From positions 62,001 through 126,000 of the forward strand of contig JBEKXF010000003.1 in the NCBI GenBank assembly GCA_049512315.1: 64,000 nt of DNA, given 5' to 3'. A program made the position numbers and the translations under genes. This document shows, in pieces, positions 48,060 to 56,423 of this stretch (position 1 is the first letter of the stretch; each line of letters starts with the position of its first letter). The notes beneath the pieces are model-generated. The model saw nothing but the letters and a program-made list of their open reading frames with translations. It did no database searches and had not been told where the DNA came from. The stretch comes from Candidatus Aminicenantales bacterium. GTDB taxonomy: Bacteria; Acidobacteriota; Aminicenantia; Aminicenantales; Saccharicenantaceae.

Positions 48060-49442
48060 ATGAACACGAAAGCCGTGATAAAAGCGCCGGCGGACGAAGG
48101 GCTGAGCCGCCGGAATTTCCTCAGGACCTCGGCCACAGCGGGCCTGGGCCTGGCCTTCGCCGGAAAAGTCCTCGGCCAGGCGGCCCCTCAACCCGCCAAG
48201 CCGTCCACGGCCAAAAATCCCGACGAGCTGCGCGTCGCCGTGATCGGCTGCGGCGCCCAGGGACGGGTCCTCATCGAGTCCATCCTCCGGATCCCGTCGA
48301 TCCGGATCGCGGCCATCTGCGACATCTGGTCCTACAGTCAGACCTATACAGCCAACTACGTCAAGAAATACGGGCACATCGTCAAGGTCTACGAGGATTA
48401 CCGGGACCTCCTGGCCAAGGAAAAAGACCTCCAGGCCGCGATCGTGGCGACACCCGACTGGGTCCACGCCGAGCACGCCAACGCCTGCCTTCGCGCCGGG
48501 CTCCACGTCTACTGCGAGAAGGAAATGTCGAACTCGCTCGAGAAGGCGCGGTCGATGGTCCTGGCGGCCCGCGAAACCGGAAAGCTCCTCCAGATCGGCC
48601 ACCAGCGCCGCTCCAACCCGCGCTACATCCACGCCATCGACCGCCTCATCCGCGAGAAAAGCCTCCTCGGCCGGGTCACCGCGGCCTACGCCCAGTGGAA
48701 CCGGGCCAAGAGCGACCTCCTCGGCTGGCCCGAGAAGTACACGATCGACCAAGCCACCCTCGAAAAGTACGGCTACAGCTCCATGACGGAGTTCAGGAAC
48801 TGGCGCCTGTACAAGAAATTCGGCGGCGGGCCCATGGTCGACCTCGGCTCGCACCAGATCGACCTCTTCAGCTGGGTCTTCGGGGCGAACCCCCGGTCCG
48901 TCATGGCCAGCGGCGGGACGGACTTCTACAAGAACTGGGAGTGGTACGACAACGTCATGGCCATCTACGAATTCGATGCCGCGCAGGGCGCGGCCCGGGC
49001 CTTCTATCAGGTCCAGACGACGACCCAGCACGGCGGTTTTTATGAGACGTTCATGGGCGAGAACGGGTCGATCGTCCTCTCCGAGATCCCGACGAAGGGA
49101 AATTGGGCCCTACGGGAGCCGACCGCCCCGGAATGGGATTCCCTGGCCAAGGCCGGGCTTCTCCAGTCCGAGACGGCCCCCATCCAGAAGAGCGCCTCGA
49201 AGAATATCTTCGTCGACGTCCGGGTCACGGCCGAGGCGGGCCGCTGGCCGCTGCCCGTGGAGCTGGCCAAGCCGGCCCACCAGCCCCATCTTGAGAACTT
49301 CTTCAACGCCGTCCGGTCCGGCACGCCCCTGACCTGCCCGGCGGAGCTGGCTTACGAATCGTGCGTGGCCGTCCTCAAGGCCAACGAGACCGTCAAGGCC
49401 CGGAGGATCACGGAATTCCGGCCGGAGCAGTTCAAAGCATGA
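48060..49442 (+). CDS. Tat-exported Gfo/Idh/MocA oxidoreductase
   Basis: SRRNFLR signal; VIGCGAQG, ATPDWVH, YCEKEM, QIGHQRRS and DLGSHQID. Confidence 0.93.
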   Translation: MNTKAVIKAPADEGLSRRNFLRTSATAGLGLAFAGKVLGQAAPQPAKPSTAKNPDELRVAVIGCGAQGRVLIESILRIPSIRIAAICDIWSYSQTYTANYVKKYGHIVKVYEDYRDLLAKEKDLQAAIVATPDWVHAEHANACLRAGLHVYCEKEMSNSLEKARSMVLAARETGKLLQIGHQRRSNPRYIHAIDRLIREKSLLGRVTAAYAQWNRAKSDLLGWPEKYTIDQATLEKYGYSSMTEFRNWRLYKKFGGGPMVDLGSHQIDLFSWVFGANPRSVMASGGTDFYKNWEWYDNVMAIYEFDAAQGAARAFYQVQTTTQHGGFYETFMGENGSIVLSEIPTKGNWALREPTAPEWDSLAKAGLLQSETAPIQKSASKNIFVDVRVTAEAGRWPLPVELAKPAHQPHLENFFNAVRSGTPLTCPAELAYESCVAVLKANETVKARRITEFRPEQFKA

Positions 49443-51817
49443 GGGCCGCCGGACGAATCGCCCGCCCGGCCCTGGGCCTTCTCGTCCTCGGGCTTTTCGC
49501 CGCCGTTTCGGCCCATGCCGGAGACCTGAAGCTGAAACCCTGGGACGGCAATCGGACAACCCCCTCTCACTTCATCCCCCTCCGCGACGAGAATAACGGG
49601 CTCATCGTGCCGACTGATACGGGCCCGATGCCCTTTTCAGCCCGCTTCACCTGCGGCCCGTGCCATGATTACAAGACGGTCCAGGGCGGCTGGCACTGGA
49701 ACGCCATGAAAGCGGAGAAAAGCGGACGCCCCGGCGAGCCGTGGATCTGGCTCGACCCGAAGACCGGGACCATCTTGCCGCTCTCCTACAGAAAATGGCC
49801 GGGCGCCTGGGACCCGAGAGTCCTCCGGCTCAACCCTTGGGATTTCACGAAGCTCTTCGGCCGGCATATGCCCGGCGGCGGACCCGCCGAGCCGGGATTC
49901 GAGGACGTCTTCCCCGGCATGGATTCGCGCTGGAACGTCTCGGGCAAGGCGGAGATCAACTGCCTCGCCTGCCACAATAAGTCGGGTCGCCAGGACCACA
50001 GCGAATGGGCGAAACAAATGCTTCGCGAGAATCTGCGCTGGGCGGCCACGGCCGCGGCCGGGATCGGGGAGGTCGGCGGCATGGCTTCGCGCCTCAAGGA
50101 GACCTGGGACGTCTACGACGGGCCCAACCTTGACGACCATGAATGGGCCGTGGCGCCGTCGGTCAAGTACAGGACGGTCGATTTCGACGGCAAGCACCGC
50201 TATTTCTTCGACATCGCCTATCCCCCCGATGACCGGAACTGTCTAGCCTGCCACTCGGTCTCGCCCGTCAAAGAAACGCGGGCAACGGCTGCGACTGACG
50301 TCCATACAGCCAAGGGCATCAAATGCGCCGAGTGCCATCGGAACGACCTTCAGCACGGCATCGTCCGGGGCTACGAAGGCGAAGCGATGGACACCGGCAA
50401 CCGGTCGGCCGATTCCTTCACCTGCCGGGGCTGTCACTTGGGCGAAGACCCGACCGGGAAGAGGATCGTGGTCCCGGGGCGCCTGGGCGCTCCTGACCCC
50501 AAGCATACTGGGATCCCTCTTGTTCACTTTAGGACGCTCGCCTGCACCGTCTGCCATTCCGGGCCGTTGCCCGAGAAGTCCTGGGCGCGGGTCCGGACGT
50601 CGCGGGCCAACCGGCTCGGGGTATACGGGGTCGCCCGGTGGTCGACGGACCTACCCGCCATCATCGAACCGGTCTACATGAAGGATGGGCAGGGCAAGAT
50701 CGGGCCCCAAAGGCTTGTCTGGCCGGCGTACTGGGCCCGGACTGCAGGCAAAGAGATCGTCCCGCTGCAGCCCGGCGTCGTGGAGGCCGCGGCGGGGGAT
50801 ATTCTCAAGTGTGAGGATCGGATCGCGGGGGTCCTCGCGGCCCTCTCCCAGACCTGCGACGAGAATGAAGTTCCCGTTCTGGCGGCGGGCGGATGGCTCT
50901 TCGAGGTCAACGTCGACGGAGGGCTTGACGCATCGCCCATGGTCGCTGCGGAAAAGGCCGGCGGCGGGGATGAGGCGCATCCCTTCTGGGGCACGAAAAA
51001 GGACGGGGTGATATCGCCGCTCATCCCCGATTTCAACCCCTCCGCTCAGGACAAGGACCCCGCGATCGAGCCCAGGATCCAATCCGTCCTCGAAGGTCTG
51101 GGCACGGTCGCCGGCGCGCCGGGGAAACCGATCGTCGTGGTCAGAAAAACGCTTTACCAGATCACGGACGGAAACCTCGCTTCGGCCGGGGCGCCGGCCG
51201 GGCTCGCGGGCGTTCCGGGACCGGGGTGGCTGAAAGACGATCGAATCGAGCCTCTGGCCGCGGAATTCGACATCCGGACGGTGGCGGCCACGGCCGGGAC
51301 CGAAAAAACCCTCACCGAGGAACAAGTCGGGCTCGTCCTCAAGGCCCTGGACCGGGGGGAAGCGCAGGGCAAGAAGCCGGAAAAAGGCGGGTCTTCCCCT
51401 TTCGCCTATATCTCCGGAGGACGGGCCTTCCGGCTGGACAAAGGCGGCCGGCTTGTCTCGGAGGCCGCCGGCAGTGCCGCTCCCGTGACCTGGCCCCTCG
51501 CGCATAACGTCCGCCCCGTCCAGCAATCCCTGGGCTGGAACGGCTGCACGGACTGTCATACGGCCGACTCCAAGTTTTTCTTCAAGACGGTCATGGGGAC
51601 AGGACCGCTTCTGACGCAAAACGTCGCATCGCGGTCCTCGACATCGCTCATGGGCGCCGGCGGCCTCTTCCACCGGGTCTTCGGGCTCACCTTCGCCGTG
51701 AGGCCTTTCTTCAAGGTCGTCCTCGCCCTGACGATTCTCGCGACCGGCGCGGTCCTGCTCGTCTTTTTCGTTGTCATCGCGGGGAAGCTGGCCGGGCTCA
51801 TCGAAAAGAGGTCATGA
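49439..51817 (+). CDS. Membrane-anchored multiheme c-type cytochrome (7 CxxCH)
   Basis: Signal peptide ending in AHA; CGPCH, CLACH, CLACH, CAECH, CRGCH, CTVCH and CTDCH; C-terminal TM helix; ATGA overlap with the upstream gene. Confidence 0.9.
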   Translation: MRAAGRIARPALGLLVLGLFAAVSAHAGDLKLKPWDGNRTTPSHFIPLRDENNGLIVPTDTGPMPFSARFTCGPCHDYKTVQGGWHWNAMKAEKSGRPGEPWIWLDPKTGTILPLSYRKWPGAWDPRVLRLNPWDFTKLFGRHMPGGGPAEPGFEDVFPGMDSRWNVSGKAEINCLACHNKSGRQDHSEWAKQMLRENLRWAATAAAGIGEVGGMASRLKETWDVYDGPNLDDHEWAVAPSVKYRTVDFDGKHRYFFDIAYPPDDRNCLACHSVSPVKETRATAATDVHTAKGIKCAECHRNDLQHGIVRGYEGEAMDTGNRSADSFTCRGCHLGEDPTGKRIVVPGRLGAPDPKHTGIPLVHFRTLACTVCHSGPLPEKSWARVRTSRANRLGVYGVARWSTDLPAIIEPVYMKDGQGKIGPQRLVWPAYWARTAGKEIVPLQPGVVEAAAGDILKCEDRIAGVLAALSQTCDENEVPVLAAGGWLFEVNVDGGLDASPMVAAEKAGGGDEAHPFWGTKKDGVISPLIPDFNPSAQDKDPAIEPRIQSVLEGLGTVAGAPGKPIVVVRKTLYQITDGNLASAGAPAGLAGVPGPGWLKDDRIEPLAAEFDIRTVAATAGTEKTLTEEQVGLVLKALDRGEAQGKKPEKGGSSPFAYISGGRAFRLDKGGRLVSEAAGSAAPVTWPLAHNVRPVQQSLGWNGCTDCHTADSKFFFKTVMGTGPLLTQNVASRSSTSLMGAGGLFHRVFGLTFAVRPFFKVVLALTILATGAVLLVFFVVIAGKLAGLIEKRS

Positions 51818-52512
51818 CCATGTTCGCCGTCATCACGATCCTGGCACTCCTCATCTTCGGGCTCGCGCTGGCCTTCCGCCGTTTCAGAATCCAGCACCCG
51901 TCGGCGGAAGGGAATATTCTCTACGCCGCGATCATCCGCGATTTCCGGCGGTGGCTGGGCCAGAGGATTCCGGCAGTCCTATCGAAGCCCGCGCCGGCGG
52001 GCTGGCCGGCCTGGATTAAAGGCTTCCGGCTGTGGCGGCTCCCGCTTTTCGAGAAATGGCTCCTTATTGGCTTCTACGGAAGCTTCCTCTATCTCGCGGC
52101 CAGCGGGTTTTTCTTCGCCGTCTTCATCAAGCGGGGACTGTACGGCTTTCCCCTGGTCCTTCACGTCATGGGGGGGGCGCTTTTCGCCGTCTGCCTGACT
52201 CTGATCGCCTTCCTCAGGGCGCGGCGGTTTACGTTCAATCCCGGACCTCTCGCGCTGCCCGGGGACCTGGACGCCATAAGGAAATTTCGGATTCCGTGGG
52301 GCGCTCGGGACTGGGCCAAGGGCTTCTTTTGGCTGTTCCTTCTGGCCGGCTTCTCGCTTGCCGCCTCGGCCCTCCTCCCGATGCTCCCCTGGTTCCCCTA
52401 CGAGGGACAGATCATCCTTTTCGGGTGGCACCGCTGGAGCGCGCTGGTTTCGCTGCTCGCGGCCATCGCCTTCGCCGACCTCGGGCTCTTCCGTCCTAAG
52501 CCCGAAGCCTGA
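51814..52512 (+). CDS. Polytopic membrane protein, cytochrome b-like
   Basis: About 5 TM helices with two intramembrane His (LVLHVMGG, GWHRWSA); ATGA overlap with the cytochrome gene. Confidence 0.6.
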   Translation: MTMFAVITILALLIFGLALAFRRFRIQHPSAEGNILYAAIIRDFRRWLGQRIPAVLSKPAPAGWPAWIKGFRLWRLPLFEKWLLIGFYGSFLYLAASGFFFAVFIKRGLYGFPLVLHVMGGALFAVCLTLIAFLRARRFTFNPGPLALPGDLDAIRKFRIPWGARDWAKGFFWLFLLAGFSLAASALLPMLPWFPYEGQIILFGWHRWSALVSLLAAIAFADLGLFRPKPEA

Positions 52513-52520
52513 GCAGGAAG

Positions 52521-52730
52521 TTATCCGGGTTTTTTGAATCCCAAGAGATCCCCCGGCTGGCATTCCAGGACCTCGCAGATCTTTTCGAGCGTCGAGAACC
52601 GGACGGCCCTAGCATGACCCTGTTTGAGGATCGAGAGGTTGGCCATGGTGATACCCACCTTCTCCGAAAGCTCCGTGAGCGACATCTTCCGCTTAACCAT
52701 CATCAGGTCGAGATTGACTTCAATCGGCAT
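52521..52730 (-). CDS. Xre-family HTH transcriptional regulator (YozG-like)
   Basis: MSLTELSEKVGITMANLSILK..ARAVRFSTL..CQPGDLL. Confidence 0.93.
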   Translation of the reverse strand: MPIEVNLDLMMVKRKMSLTELSEKVGITMANLSILKQGHARAVRFSTLEKICEVLECQPGDLLGFKKPG

Positions 52731-52738
52731 GATCCACC

Positions 52739-53269
52739 TCAGACGGTCAGGTCCTGGTCCTGCTGGAGCTTGACGCCGGTCTCGAGGACTTTGGCGATGA
52801 CCAGGAATCCGAAACCCAGAAGCATGGTGCTCAGGCTTCCATAAAGGACCCGGATCGCGGTTTCCGAGAAGAGGGCCCAGGAAAAAACAGCCGGATCCGT
52901 GCCGGTCGACGACAGCGCGGTGCCTACGGCATGAATGAGCACAAGAACAAAAACGGCATATGCGATTCCGCGGATGTGCCGCGGGCTGGCGGGGCTGAAA
53001 GGTTCGCCGCGGGTGATTGAGCCGAGAAGCCGGAAGATGCAGTAGCAGATGAAAAAGTAAACAGGGCCGGCCAAACCGAAGTCCAGCAAAACGCGGAGGT
53101 CGAGTCTGAAGCCGGCGTCGGATGCTCGATGGACAAGACTGGGCGAAACGGTTAACATGATCGTGAAAGCGCTGATGAATACCAAGCCGTAAAGAATGAG
53201 AAGCGTGATGAGGACAATCCTGAGCGCTTTGACCGTCGGAGACACTCCCAAAACCATTTTCTCTGCCAC
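52739..53269 (-). CDS. DUF2975 family membrane protein
   Basis: Four TM segments, GEPFS and C-terminal GVKLQQDQDLTV; adjacent to a YozG-like HTH gene; GTG start with AGGAGG RBS. Confidence 0.88.
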   Translation of the reverse strand: MAEKMVLGVSPTVKALRIVLITLLILYGLVFISAFTIMLTVSPSLVHRASDAGFRLDLRVLLDFGLAGPVYFFICYCIFRLLGSITRGEPFSPASPRHIRGIAYAVFVLVLIHAVGTALSSTGTDPAVFSWALFSETAIRVLYGSLSTMLLGFGFLVIAKVLETGVKLQQDQDLTV

Positions 53270-53291
53270 ACGAGCCTCCTTTTCCGTTATT

Positions 53292-53354
53292 TATCGATAA
53301 TCAATATATGGTCAAACATACTGTTTGTCAAGAAATAATTATTGTTTATCGATA
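53292..53354 (-). promoter_or_regulatory. Promoter flanked by two palindromic operators
   Basis: Minus strand TTGACA(53331-53326)-17-TATATT(53308-53303); palindromes TATCG-N5-CAATA (53292-53306) and TATTG-N5-CGATA (53340-53354). Confidence 0.75.
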
Positions 53355-53480
53355 CATTTTTTCTTTTCCAAGGTTGCCCCTGATCCTGAATTTGCCATCG
53401 GGTTGCAGCGATCTCAACGGAGAATGTGCAACACGCTCCTCGAGGAGCGTGTTTTAGAGATTGAAGAACAGGAGGTTTCC

Positions 53481-54029
53481 ATGAAAAAGGCCATCATCAT
53501 CGTCCCCCTGACCATCACCCTTGTCTTAGCGGTCACCGTAGCCTCTTTCGCCCAGCAGACGGTCAAGATCGTCGTCGTCAATTCCGCACGCGCCTTCGAG
53601 CGGTCGGCCGAAGGCAAGAAGGCCATCGCCCAACTCCAGCAGCGGGACGCGAAGATCAAGGCGGACATCCAGAGCAAGGAAGATGCCATCCGAGCCCTGG
53701 AGAGTCGGCTCAATACGGGCCGGATGACGATGACCCAGGACGCGCTCCTGGCGCTGCAGGTCGACATCGACAAGAAGTCGACCGAACGGAAACGCTACGA
53801 GGAAGACGGCGCCCGCGATTTTGCCCAGTTCCGGGACAACCTCGTGGCCCGGATCCGGGCCGAAATGGTCACGATCATCATCGCTCTGCGCAAGGAAAAA
53901 GGCTACGAACTTGTCCTCGACCTAGCCTCGAGCGGCGTCGTCGATTTCGATCCGGCCCTCGACGTGACCGACGAAGTCATCCGCCGCTATGACGCGTCCA
54001 AAGCCGCCGCTCCCCCGGTCAAGAAATAG
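53481..54029 (+). CDS. OmpH/Skp family periplasmic chaperone
   Basis: AGGAGG RBS, signal peptide, KIVVVNS, long coiled coil, KEKGYELVLD and DVTDEVI. Confidence 0.9.
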   Translation: MKKAIIIVPLTITLVLAVTVASFAQQTVKIVVVNSARAFERSAEGKKAIAQLQQRDAKIKADIQSKEDAIRALESRLNTGRMTMTQDALLALQVDIDKKSTERKRYEEDGARDFAQFRDNLVARIRAEMVTIIIALRKEKGYELVLDLASSGVVDFDPALDVTDEVIRRYDASKAAAPPVKK

Positions 54030-54065
54030 GACGGTCCCTGGTTCCCGTCCCCAGTCCCCGGCGCC

Positions 54066-54440
54066 TTGAATAATCCGGCCCGGGCGATCTATATCTTCGG
54101 AGAGCCGAAAGCGGGGGTCGTCAGCCCGGGCAGTCCCATCAAGCTGGCCGTCCATTTCCAGGGAACCTCCCAGCAGAGGAAAGAGCTCGAGATCTGGCTC
54201 CAAGGCTGGAGCCTGTCGCTGGCCGAGATGAACTATCTGAGGACAGGGTTCCATTCCGAGGGGTTGCTCGACGTCCACATCGTCGGCGGCGAGGACGTCA
54301 AGGGGACCGTCTCCGTCGCCGCCAAGGTCAACGCCCCGCCCGACGACCTCCAGGAGCTCCCGCTCGGCAATAAGCCATCGTTTTTATCAGCGGCTTTACG
54401 TGGCTTTTCCCCTTCCGTCATGGCTTCCGCTACTCAATGA
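54066..54440 (+). pseudogene. Orphan fragment resembling the C-terminal domain of large PEP/pyruvate-binding-domain proteins
   Basis: LEIWLQGWSLSLAEMNYLRTGFHSEGLLDVHIV recalls that C-terminus (recognised from memory); weak TTG start, no RBS, degenerate nucleotidyltransferase-like motif. Confidence 0.55.
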
Positions 54441-54550
54441 GGTTAAGCTCGGGGGATTCCCTCCGGCAGGGAGCGGATTCTGAGGAGCGACCAGCAGAAG
54501 TGCGGCGGAGCGACTCGGAGCTGCACTTCTAGTATATATCTGAAACGAAT
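54438..54550. repeat. Dispersed structured repeat, copy 3 (inverted relative to copies 1 and 2)
   Basis: Reverse complement reads ATTCGTTTCAGATATATACTAGAAGTGCAGCTCCGAGTCGCTCCGCCGCACTTCTGCTGG..., 90/100 identical to copy 2. Confidence 0.92.
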
Positions 54551-54677
54551 CTCGGATCTTCATTAACAAAAGATTGCCGCATCCCCCAAGCCGGGTCCCC
54601 CCTCCGCCACGGGGTCGATCGGGCGGCCTCGGCAGCACCCTCCCGCGTCCGTCGTGCCGTCCGTCCGATTATGATAT

Positions 54678-54706
54678 TTGATAAAAACCGGAATTTTCGA
54701 CATACT
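54678..54706 (+). promoter_or_regulatory. Sigma70-like promoter directly before apbE (leaderless)
   Basis: TTGATA-17-CATACT, 6 nt upstream of the ATG at 54713; no SD. Confidence 0.6.
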
Positions 54707-54712
54707 GCGGGC

Positions 54713-55723
54713 ATGCCGAGGCGACGCGATCTCTCCGTTCATCGCTTCGCCCATGAGGCGATGACCACGGTTTTCGAGGTTTTCATCGCCGGCAAGTCCA
54801 AGGAATACGCCCGCCAGGCGGCCCGGGCGGCCTTCGACGAGATCGACCGGATCGAGCGCCTGCTCAGCCGTTTCGACCCCTCGAGCGAGATCAGCCGGGC
54901 GAGCCGCCTGCGGCCCGGCGAGAAGATGATGGTCGGGGTCGAGACCATCGAGTGCCTGGCGACGGCCGCCCGCGTTCAGGCCGAAACGGCCGGGGCCTTC
55001 GACATCAATTTCCGGGCAGTCCCGCCTCTTACCAGATCCGTCCAGATGCGGGCAGCCCCGCTTCTCAGCGGGGCCGTCCCTGTCCGTCCCGCCCACCCTA
55101 TCGCGACGCGGACACCGAAAGCCGTCTCCGGCCGCAGCGATGGCCCGCCGAATCTCCTCAACCTCATGAGCATGAGGATGGTCGCCGGAGGGTTCGAGGT
55201 CGAGCGGCTCCCCGGCAGAGCCAGAAAAAAAGCACTTCCCCTGGACCTCGACCTCGGGGCGGTCGGAAAGGGCTACGCCCTGGACAGGGTCCGCGAGGTC
55301 CTCGCCGACTGGAGCGTTGGGAACGTTCTCGTCGACAGCGGAACGAGCACGGCCCTCGGCCTCGGGCCCGGGCCCCGCTCCGGGCAGCGGGGCTGGCCGG
55401 TCGGGACCGCCTCGGCCTGGGAATGCCCCGGAATGCCGAAAGACGTCCAGCTCGCGGACCGGGCCCTGAGCGGGTCAGGGACCGAGGTCAAGGGCGCCCA
55501 TATCATCGACCCGAGGACGGGCCGTCCCGCCCGCCGCCACCTGGCCGCCTGGGCCTCCCATCCCTCGGCCGCGGTTTCCGACGCCCTCTCCACCGCATTC
55601 CTGGTGATGAGGACGGAGGAGGTCGGACGCTACTGCCGGACCCGTCCCGAAGTCTGGGCCCTCGTGATTCTCCCGGGGAAAAAGTGTAAAATATTCAATG
55701 CGAACGCCATCGCCCAGCCATAG
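54713..55723 (+). CDS. apbE: FAD:protein FMN transferase (ApbE family)
   Basis: AMTT, LSRFDPSSEI, GAFD, LDLGAVGKGYALD, ALSGSG, HIIDPRTG and SDALSTA; no signal peptide seen. Confidence 0.9.
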   Translation: MPRRRDLSVHRFAHEAMTTVFEVFIAGKSKEYARQAARAAFDEIDRIERLLSRFDPSSEISRASRLRPGEKMMVGVETIECLATAARVQAETAGAFDINFRAVPPLTRSVQMRAAPLLSGAVPVRPAHPIATRTPKAVSGRSDGPPNLLNLMSMRMVAGGFEVERLPGRARKKALPLDLDLGAVGKGYALDRVREVLADWSVGNVLVDSGTSTALGLGPGPRSGQRGWPVGTASAWECPGMPKDVQLADRALSGSGTEVKGAHIIDPRTGRPARRHLAAWASHPSAAVSDALSTAFLVMRTEEVGRYCRTRPEVWALVILPGKKCKIFNANAIAQP

Positions 55724-55739
55724 AGACAAGGAGTCTGAG

Positions 55740-56423
55740 ATGAAAAGAGCGCTTTGTTCGATCTCCATCGCCCTCCTCGGCCTGGCCCTCGTCCTCCCGA
55801 CGGCCGGGACGGGCTCCCAGGACCAGATGAAGGAGACCTTGAAGCTCCAGCTGCCCAAGCCCATGTTCGTGGGGACGCCGAAGAACATCCGCACACCCAA
55901 CCTCGAACCCATCACCGGGAAGCCGCGCGGCCCGTTCCTGGTGCCCGTGGGGACCGTCCTGCTTTCGGCGGGAAAGCCCGTCACCGCGAGCGACAAGGAG
56001 CCCGTCATCGGCGAGCTCTCGTTCATCACGGACGGCAAGAAGTCGGGTGAGGACGGCTATTACGTCGAGCTGGGACCCGGCCTGCAGTGGGTCCAGATCG
56101 ATCTCGGCAAGTCCCAGGCCCTGTCTGCGATCGTGGTCTGGCATTATCACAGCCAGGCCCGTGTCTACCGCGACGTCGTCGTCCAGGTCTCGGACGACAA
56201 GGACTTCATCGGCGGCGTGACGACTCTCTACAACAACGATCACGACAATACCTCGGGCCTCGGCATCGGCAAAGACAAGGAATACATCGAGACCTTCGAA
56301 GGGAAACTCGTCGACGCCAAGGGGGTCAAGGCCCGCTACGTCCGGCTCTGCAGCGCCGGGAATACCTCGAACGACATGAACCATTACGTGGAGGTTGAGG
56401 TCTACGGTCTTCCCGCCAAATGA
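55740..56423 (+). CDS. Secreted discoidin/F5-8 type C-like protein
   Basis: Signal peptide; GKPVTAS, ITDG, WVQIDLG, VVQVSDD, ARYVRL and EVEVYG beta-sandwich motifs. Confidence 0.82.
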   Translation: MKRALCSISIALLGLALVLPTAGTGSQDQMKETLKLQLPKPMFVGTPKNIRTPNLEPITGKPRGPFLVPVGTVLLSAGKPVTASDKEPVIGELSFITDGKKSGEDGYYVELGPGLQWVQIDLGKSQALSAIVVWHYHSQARVYRDVVVQVSDDKDFIGGVTTLYNNDHDNTSGLGIGKDKEYIETFEGKLVDAKGVKARYVRLCSAGNTSNDMNHYVEVEVYGLPAK

